Positions 55,352-64,000 of a stretch of 64,000 bases of DNA are shown here, piece by piece. How positions within the stretch are numbered: position 1 is the stretch's first letter; every line of letters starts with the position of its first letter. Made by a program: the position numbers and the translations under genes. This DNA is from the human T2T-CHM13v2.0 reference genome, Homo sapiens: the NCBI RefSeq assembly GCF_009914755.1, contig NC_060928.1; one strand, given 5' to 3'. Under the pieces are notes generated by a model. That model searched no databases. It had not been told where the DNA came from and was given only the letters and a program-made list of their open reading frames with translations.

Positions 55352-58300
55352 AATGGTGTGCTCAATATTTAGCTTCCACTTATAAGTGAGACCATGTGGT
55401 ATTTGGCTGTTTCTGCATTAGCTCACTCAAAATAATGGCCCCCATCTCCATCCATGTTGCTGCAAAGGACATGATTTCATTATTTTTTTTGGCTGCATAG
55501 TATTCTATGGTGTATATGTACCACATTTTCTTCATTTATTTCCCCATTGATGGGCTCCTAGGTTGATTCCATGTCTTTGCTATTATGAACAGTGCAACAA
55601 TAATCATACCAGTGTATGTCTATTTTTGGAATAATGATCTATTTTCCCTTGGGTATATAATCAGCAAGGGGACTGTTGAGTCAAATGGTAGCTCTCTTTT
55701 AAGTTCATTGTGAAACCTCAATGCTTTCCACAGTAGCTGGATGAATTTACATTTTCACCAAAAGTGTATAAACGTCCGCCTTCCTCTAATGCCTTGCCAT
55801 CATCTGTTGTTGTTTTTTTTAACTTTTTAATAGTAGCCATTCAGACTTGTGTAAGCTGATATCTCATTGTGGTTTTGACTTACATTTCTCTGATATGGTG
55901 ACACTGAGCATTATTTCATATGTTTGTTGGCTTCTTATATGTCTTCTTTTGAGAAGTGTCTGTTCAAGTCTTTTGCTCATTTTTAATAAGGTTATTTGTT
56001 TTTTGCTTGTTTATTTGTTTAAGATTCCTATAGATTCTGAATGTATTAATGTGTTCTCACACTGCTTTAAAGAACTACATGAGACTGGGTAAATTATGAA
56101 GAAATTGACTCATAGTTCTGCAGGACATACAGGAAGCATGGCTAGGAGACCTTAGGAAACTTACAAGCGAGGTGGAAGGCAAAGAGGAAACAAATATGCC
56201 TGACCATGGCAGAACAGGAAAGAGAGAATAAAGGGAGAAGAGTTACATACTTTTAAATCGTCAGATCTCGTAAGAGCTCACTCAATATCATGAGTACAGC
56301 AAGGAGGCAATCCATCCCATTATCCAATCACCTTCTACCAGGTCCCTCCTCCAATTTGACATGAGACTTGGGTAGGGACACAAATTCAAACTATATTAAT
56401 GAATATTAGGAGTTTGTAGAATGCGTAGTTTGTGAACAACCTCTTCCATTCTGTAGGTTGCCTGTTTATTCTGTCAATAATAATAGTCTGTTTATTTTTT
56501 GCTGTGCAGAAGCTCTTTAGTTTAATTAGATCCCACTTCTCTATTTTTGTTTTTATTGAAATTGCTTTGGGGACAGCCAAAAATTCTTTGCCAAGGCCAA
56601 TACTGAGAAGAGTATTTACTAGGTTGTCTTTCAGGATTTTTAGCGGTTAAGGTCTTATATTAAATCTTTCATCCATCTTAAGTTAATTTTTGTATATTGC
56701 AAAAGTCCCATTTCATTTGTCTGCATATGTCTAACCAGTTATCCCAGCACATTTATTTGAATAGGGAGTCTTTTCCCCTCTGCTTCTTTTTGTTGGCCTT
56801 GTTGAAGATCAGATGGTTGTAAGTCTGCATCTTTATTTCTGCATTTTCTATTCTGTTGCATTGATCCATGTGTCTGTACCATGCTGTTTTGGTTACAGCC
56901 CTAAAGTATAGTTTGAAGTCAGGTAGTGTGATACCTCTGATTTTGTTCTTTTTTTCTTAAGATTGCTTTAGCTATTTGGGTTCTTCTTTGGTGCCATATG
57001 AATTTTTAAATAGTTTGTTCTAGTTTAGTGAAGAATAATGTTGGTACTTTGATAGAAATAACATTGAATCTATAAATTGCTTTTGGCAGTAAGACCATTT
57101 TTTAACATATTGATTTTTCCAATCCATGAGCCTTGAATATTTTTCCATTTATTTGTGTCATCTCTGATTTCATTCAGCAGAGTTTTGTAGTTATACTTAC
57201 AGAGATCTTTTACCTTCTTGTTTAGCTGTGTTCCTAGGTGTTTCATTTTATTTGTGGGTCCTGAATGTGGGATTATGTTCTTGATTTGACTCTCAGACTT
57301 GACATTGTTGATGTGTAAAAACATTACTGATTTTTGTACATTGCTGATGTACTCTGAAACCTTACTAAAATCATTTATCACTTCTAGTAGCCTTTTGGCA
57401 GAATTTTTAGGGTTTTCTAGATATAGAATCATAGTGTTAGGAAAAAGAGATAGTTTGACATTTTATTTTCCTATCTATATGCCTTTTATTTCTTTCTTTT
57501 GCCTGATTGCTCTTGCTAGTATTTACAGTACTATGCTGAACAAGAGTGGTGAGAGTGGGCATCCTTGTCTTGTTCCAGTTCTCAAAGGGAATGCTTCCAG
57601 CTTTTGCCTGTTCAGTATGATGTTGGCTGTGAGTTTGTCATATACTGCTCTTATTATTTTGAGGCATGTTGCTTTGATGTCTACTCTTTCAAGGGATTTT
57701 ATCATGCATGGATGTTGGATTTTATCAAAAGCTTTTTCTGTGGCTATTGAGATGATCATGTGGTTTATGCTTTTGATTCTGTTTATGTGGTGGATCACAT
57801 TTATTAATTTGTGTATGTTGAAGCAGCCTTGCATCCCTAGAATAAAGCCTACTTGACTGTGGTATGTTATTAACTTTTTGATGGGCTGCTGGATTCAGTT
57901 TGCTAGCATTATTATGTTGAGGATTTTTACGTCTATGTTCATCAGGGGCATTGGCCACCTGAAGTTTCCTTTCCTCATTATGTCTCTGCCAGATTTTGGT
58001 ATTAGGCTGATGTTGGCTTCACAGAATGAGTTAGGGAGGAGTCCCTCTACCTCATTTTTTTAGAATAGTTTCAGTAAGATTAATATCTAGTAGAATTTAG
58101 CTCTTTACTCATCTGGTCCAGAGCATTTTTCAGTTGGTAGGTTTTGTGTTGCTGATTCAATTTAGAGCTCCATATTGGTCTATTCAGGGTTTCAATCTCT
58201 TCTTGATTCAATCTTGAGAGACTGTATGTTTCCAGGAATTTATTAATTTCCTCTAGATTTTCCAATTTGTGTTCATAGAGTTATTCATAGTATTATCTGA

Positions 58301-59310
58301 GGGTCTTTTATATTTCTGTGGGATCAGTTGTAATGACATCTTTGTCATTTCTGATTGTACTTCTTTGAATATTCTCTCTCTTTTTCTTTGTTAAACTAGC
58401 TAGCAGTCAATCAATCTTGTTTATACTTTCAAAGAACCAGTGCTTCAATTCATTGATCTTTTTATGGATTTTTGCATCTCGATTTCACTTAGTTCTTCGT
58501 TCATTTTAGTTATTTTTTTTCTTCTGCTGACTTGGGGGTTGGGTGGTTCTTTTTTATTTCCTAGTTCTTTTAGGTGCAAAGTTCGATTTTGAAATTGAGA
58601 TTTTTTCAAACTTTTTGATGATGGTGTTTATGGCTATACACTCTTAACACTGCTTTAACTGTATCCCAGAGATTTTTGTATTTTGTGTCCCTATTTTTAT
58701 TAATTTCAAAGAATTTTTTGAATTTCTGCCTTCATTTTGATGTTCACACAGGAGTCATTCAGGAACAAGTTGTTTAATTTCAATGTATTTTTGTAGTTTC
58801 AAGAAATCTTCTTGATATAGATTTCTATTTTTATTGCACTGTGGTCCAAGTGTGTTTTGGGTATGATTTCCATTTGTTTGAATTCACTGAGACTTGCCTT
58901 ATGATTGAGCATGTGGTTGATCTTAGAAAATGTTCCATTTGCAGATGAGAAGAATGTACATTCTGTAATTTTTGGGTAGAGTGTTCTATAGGTATCTATT
59001 TTGTCCAACTGGCCAAATGTTATGTTTAAACCTAGAGTTTCTGTGTTAGTTTTCTGCCTTGATGATCTGTCTAATGCTGTCAGTGGCATGTTGAAATCAG
59101 CCATTATTAGTGTTTGATTGTCTAAGTCTTATCATAAGCCAAGAAGAACTTGTTTTACAAATCTGAGTGCTGCAATATCAGATACATATATATGTAGTAT
59201 AGTTAGGTCTTCTTGTTGGATTGTGCCATTCATCATGATGTAGTGATCCTCTTTGTCCTTCTTAATTTTTATTGGGTTAAAATCTGTTTTATTTGTTATA
59301 ATAGCACAAT
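55352..59310 (-). mobile_element. L1PA15/16-like element covering most of ORF2 (disrupted), split by a MaLR LTR
   Basis: Minus ORFs give endonuclease (DFNMPLTALDRSSRQK) and RT motifs ([30 protein letters not shown]), with many frameshifts. Confidence 0.94.
56042..56398 (-). mobile_element. MaLR solo LTR (THE1D/MSTA-like) nested in the L1
   Basis: TGTATTA...GAGACTGGGTAA...GGAAACTTACAA...CAGATCTCGTAAGA...GGGACACAAATTCAAACTATAT; TSD CTGAA/ATGAA; L1 resumes in register. Confidence 0.9.
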
Positions 59311-60269
59311 CTTATTTTCTATAACTCAACTTGATTTCTCACTATGAGTCTATTCTTAAGAATAAAAAGTAAAATAGTCAACATTTACTAGATTTAAACA
59401 TGCTTGTTCATTTGCCACCATTATGGTATCTTTTGAAATTTCAACTCTTCAGCAGTGGTGGTGGAAGTAGAAAGAGCGGTCCTTTATTTTTATTTTTATA
59501 CATTTATCTTTCTGGTCAAATTATTTTCTAATGCTTTCGTCCTATTCTTCAGACACAGTATCTTTACCTTTGTAATTTCGTAGATGGTCTTGTATGCCTT
59601 GGGACAGCAACCAGATATTTGTCACAAGAGTCATGCTGCCGCTTAGGAGTGGTGCTGTGAAAATAACAGTGCTTGTCTGCCTGTGGACCTGTAGCTTATT
59701 TTTTATCCTCTTTATTCGCCCATGATTCTCTATTCCTTAATGTGAAGAAATATATTAATATTATGGGAAATTTGTCTTTTCCTAGACCACTGTTCTTAAT
59801 CCTAGACATGCCCAATCCCTTATGATAGCAAAACCTAGAAAAGGCATGTATACTGCACTTGTTCTTTCTGTTAAGTGTGTCATACACTTACAAGAAGCTA
59901 ACAGGACTTAATCATTTTTGATATATTGGAAGAGAGAAGAGAAGAATGGGACAGAAATTAGATTGCTTAATTGAGGGTATCATTTGAACTCCAAAGCCCT
60001 CCTTCTCCTCCTGAGATTGCAGAACATGTGATGAACATTCTCTGCATCTAATAGCAAAAGCTCTGTCCTTTGAAGTAATTACTAACAATGATGTAAATAT
60101 GTTAAGAGGAATGGAGGAGAGGAGAAAATAAATAGTATAAAATTGCCAAATCCTTAAAAAATGTGCATAAACATGTTAGAGATATGGGAGAAACTAACAG
60201 AATAAACAAGGGGGCTAAGAAATTTTGCATGAGGGAAGTAGGATTTGGTGTTAGGTGTGAGAAAAAATT

Positions 60270-60735
60270 AAGATATATAAGAAATTAATAAAATTTAATA
60301 GAAAACAAGCCCAAGTAGCCCAATTTTTAAATAGAAAAAATGTTTTTTTCAAAGAAGATATACAAATAGCCAATGGGTATATGAAAAGATGCTCAACATC
60401 ACTAATCACTGGGGACACGCAAATCAAAACCTCAAGGAGATAGCACCCCATACATGTTAAGCTGGCTATTATTAAAAAGCCAAAGAAGTGTTGTTGAGGC
60501 TTGGATGTGGCCAGGACATTGAGAAAAGAGAACCTTTAAATGCTGCTGGTGGTATTGTAAATTAATCTAGCCATTATTAAAACAAAACAAACCAGAAAGG
60601 AGGTTTCTGAAAAATTAAAAAATAGAACTACCACATGATCTAGATTCCACTTCTGGGTATAAATCCAAAGGAAATAAAATCACTCTCTCAAAGAGATAAC
60701 TGCATTTCCATGCTCATTGCAGCATTACTCATTTT
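60270..60735 (+). mobile_element. L1MA/MB late-ORF2 fragment
   Basis: CAAAGAAGATATACAAATAGCCAA...GATGCTCAACATCACTAATCA; AATAGAACTACCACATGATC. Confidence 0.85.
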
Positions 60736-62319
60736 AGTGAATTTTCTAGAAAGAGATAATATAGACATTTGATCAGTCTGGCTTTTTGAACAGCCATAAC
60801 TCTTTAAACATTTCTTTAGCCATCTCCATTTTACCTTCCATCTCTTCCCCTCCATCATTGACATTTTAGAAAACTTATGAATAAGAATATATTGACATTT
60901 GAGATGACTTACAAATAAGCATACTTATTTTATTCTTATATCTCTATTATGACATACTTTTAATGACTCAACATGGAACTCCATGCTCTAACATCAACTA
61001 AAGCAATCATTCAGAAAAAAATTGTATAAACAATAACAAGTGAAATATTTTAGAATAAAATAATTTTGTTTTGGAAAAAATAAAAATTTATAAAAAAATT
61101 TGTATGTAGTTTCAACTTTTACTCAAGGTTATAATTAATTCAAGTGGTACTATATTTCATATTCTTATAGAGTACAACCCAGAGGCTTGCTAATTATTTC
61201 CATCCATACCACAGAAGTTCTGATTTGGACTGCACAGTTCTTTTTGATGTTTTAAGCAAGTGTATTTTACATCCAGATTTATGAATTCTGTAGGAAAATA
61301 AGAAGCTCTAAAAATTCTGGACCAACATTTCCTCTTCAATATTTGTCACAATAAATTGGAGTTCATTAGAGGTAATCTACATCTTGTTGCCAATATTCCC
61401 ACCTAATCTATTTTTCAATTCAATGTTCAAAAGAGTGACACTTAATTTTATTTTATACCTGGTTTCTATGGTCATTTTAATTTAATATGGGTATATTTAT
61501 AGAGATATATAAGTCTCATATATATATTTTAAAAAGAAAAGTATTGTCATGGTAGTGCTGAATTCATACAAATGTTTCTTTGGAAATATTTTGGCATTCA
61601 AACTTTTTATCCATCATCTTAAATTAAGAATTGGGCTCCTATTAAATGATGGGTTCTATGCAGCCCCACAGCCTGATCACCTAGGCCAACCTGATCCGTG
61701 TAGTTGGAAATACCATTGATTGCTCTTTTGTTGAGCAGTATGGATGGGTTCACATGCATACCCTCTCACACAGCATAGCTAATATTAACATATAGACCAG
61801 TAGAAAAAGCCCTACCAACTCATTAGCTTCAGGTAGTCTAGTTTCAGGGAGAGAATTACAAATGTCGATTACCACAATAGTGATAACATAAGCAGTAGAA
61901 ATATAAGATTTCATTTTAGATATCTATGTGTACAAGGTAAAGACTTGCAAAAGAAAATGAATTTTGCTGTCAGAGGTTTTCCTTTCTCTTTTTCTTTTTT
62001 TCTTCCTACTGTAAGTGAAAATGACATTAGGTCTTCTGAATCAGAACACATATAACCTTTGTTTTGTTTGTTTCTCTTTTTTCTTTAGAATATTTCATTT
62101 CAAAATTAATTTGTCAATTTTAAAGCAATGAAATGGGCCTACATAATGCTGCATTCTTTCTTACAATAAACAATTTAAAGTTAATTGATCTTTTAAAAAA
62201 TCTAATTTAGGCACAATCTCTTGGAATTACTAGGAGATATAATAAATAGAAATACAAATAAGAATTTGTCTTTTTGAATTTGTGGTTTTTTTTGTAGACT
62301 TACAATCTAATTTCTTTTT

Positions 62320-62414
62320 TCTTTTTTTAGAAAGATGAGGTCTCTCTATGTTGCCCAGGATGGTTTCAACCTTCTGGGCTCAAGCAACGCTCCCAAACAG
62401 CTGAAACTAAAGGT
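62320..62414 (-). mobile_element. Truncated Alu monomer (FLAM-like)
   Basis: GGTCTCTCTATGTTGCCCAGG...CTGGGCTCAAGCAA; 14-bp TSD TCTAATTTCTTTTT at 62306-62319 and 62415-62428. Confidence 0.85.
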
Positions 62415-63932
62415 TCTAATTTCTTTTTGACGGCAATATTGCCTTCTGTACTTACCTCTCCTCCATTTCAATCCTCACCATCAGCTCTACTTTTAGAAAT
62501 GCAAACAGCTTTACAGCAACTAATATAAAGCTAGGTACTCAGTGGACACTCCATAATATTTGTTGATGATTATAAATTTGTCTTGACCAGATTGCTCAGA
62601 TAATTGCTTTAAATCTCCTGTGGCAGTCAAGTTACACTGTGTGAAATTTGGCATGTCAATTAGAAACATCCTCAGATTTGCATATAGGCAGATGATGCTT
62701 TCATCAAATTAATTTAGGTCCTTCTATAAAAGACCATGACAATATTTTGAGATCCAAAATGAATCCAGTACTAAGGACTAAAGTATTTCAATATGTTAGT
62801 GATCCTAACTATGCCATAAGCCCTTATTATGTTACATCTGTATCTGGAGTACTTTAAATATTTTCATATTTGAGAATATTAAATCAATAAATTTATGATT
62901 CCATCTGTCAGGTCTACAAGGCCTAAAATAACCTTCTAACTTCTACCAGTTATTTTATCAAAAATAGACTACCAAAGTTGGTCTATATTAATGAGATAAG
63001 TGAGTACAAAGTGTAAAGTCATACACAATTCAGTTTTCCTTCAGTGAATTTTGTTCATTCTTTAAACATATACATTATATATTTACTTTAAGATACTCCA
63101 TATCTTCTGGGGATTTTTGTAGCAAATAATATAATCTGTGACATTAGGCTTTCTTATTCCTCTTAGAGACATGTTTACAATCTCTGTTCTGTTTTCCTTT
63201 TTTTGAAAACCCAAAGAGGATATTCAAGAAGGTGTAATTGCACTTTTGAAAAGCCAAGGAAACAACTGGGTATAAAGGTAATAAAATAAACATTTAAAAA
63301 ACATGACTATGTCCAGACTCTCTTGATTTCACTTGCTCTTTTATTATTGTCAAACTGTCAAATATGGGATAATTTTACAAACCTTTATTAATGCTCATAG
63401 AGTGCCGTTAATCGAAATCTATTTTTTTCCCTAAGAATCCTTCAGATGTCTCCACTACCTAACTCCAAAAATTACAAGTAATTTCATGAGTTTTATTTCT
63501 CTTCTTTATTGGTTTTCTGTTGGTAAATGAGGGACTGGAGGAAGGCCACCTCGGAGATATACTTTTCCCGAGAGAACAAACCTTCTCTAGAGGTCAAATT
63601 AATTCTGTTATCAAAGCAGCCCAGCCACTGAGCAGGAATATCTGTACACTGAAACCTCACAGATTCTAAGAGGGCCATTTCAGAAGTCTAGTCACACTGA
63701 AATCATTCCTCATTCTGTCCTGAATGCAAAGGAGTACAGACCAGATCTGCATTATCCACTGGAGTGCACTCAGAGAGCCAGAATGTGCTGCTTCTGAATG
63801 AACTCATGTTTGTGCAGTACTGCATGCATTGTAAATATCAAAATATATTTGAGTATGTAAACTACCATAGAATTTGTCTGTTTATATAGCTAGCATTAAT
63901 AGATTCCATGATTACATTTCCCAAAAAAACTT

Positions 63933-63995
63933 CATATATAGATATATCTATATATGTATGTGTATATATATATATGTATATGAAATATATATATT
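63933..63995. repeat. (TA)n-rich microsatellite
   Basis: Read directly. Confidence 0.88.
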
Positions 63996-64000
63996 TCAAT

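Noticed and set aside
57299-57856. Longest ORF in the track (185 aa, + strand), and the similar ORF 46240..46668
   Set aside because: Both are antisense frames of L1 ORF2, which are often open by chance. Not genes.
57070-59104. Minus-strand ORFs with reverse transcriptase and endonuclease motifs
   Set aside because: Frameshifted fragments of a dead L1 ORF2, not a functional or novel RT system.
59560-59700. Acceptor-like CTTTACCTTTGTAATTTCGTAG followed by a mildly GC-rich patch
   Set aside because: No convincing donor or recognisable reading frame downstream.
63493-63678. 61-aa minus-strand ORF in non-repeat-looking sequence
   Set aside because: No recognisable homology or clear splice signals; length expected by chance.

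Overview
AT-rich primate (most likely human) non-coding DNA, intergenic or deep-intronic. I see no protein-coding exon, functional RNA gene, CRISPR array or other multi-gene system that I can support. Nearly all ORFs in the track are Alu, L1, LTR or microsatellite artefacts. About half the window is interspersed repeat: ~14 Alus, several L1s (one nested stack), L2 and MIR relics, solo LTRs (HERV-K LTR5, MER52, MaLR, MLT2) and DNA-transposon MITEs (MER47, MER58, half a MADE1). The most notable items are: (1) a ~177-bp mitochondrial insertion (NUMT: tRNA-Ser end, full tRNA-Leu(CUN), ND5 start) that appears to keep ancestral ape states; (2) an Alu with an inverted 5' part inside one target-site duplication (TSD), fitting twin priming; (3) a near-consensus AluYc1-like copy that may be polymorphic; (4) a 29/30-bp inverted repeat in unique sequence; (5) a snap-back templated insertion inside an L1. 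Subfamily calls come from remembered consensus features, not from a search.
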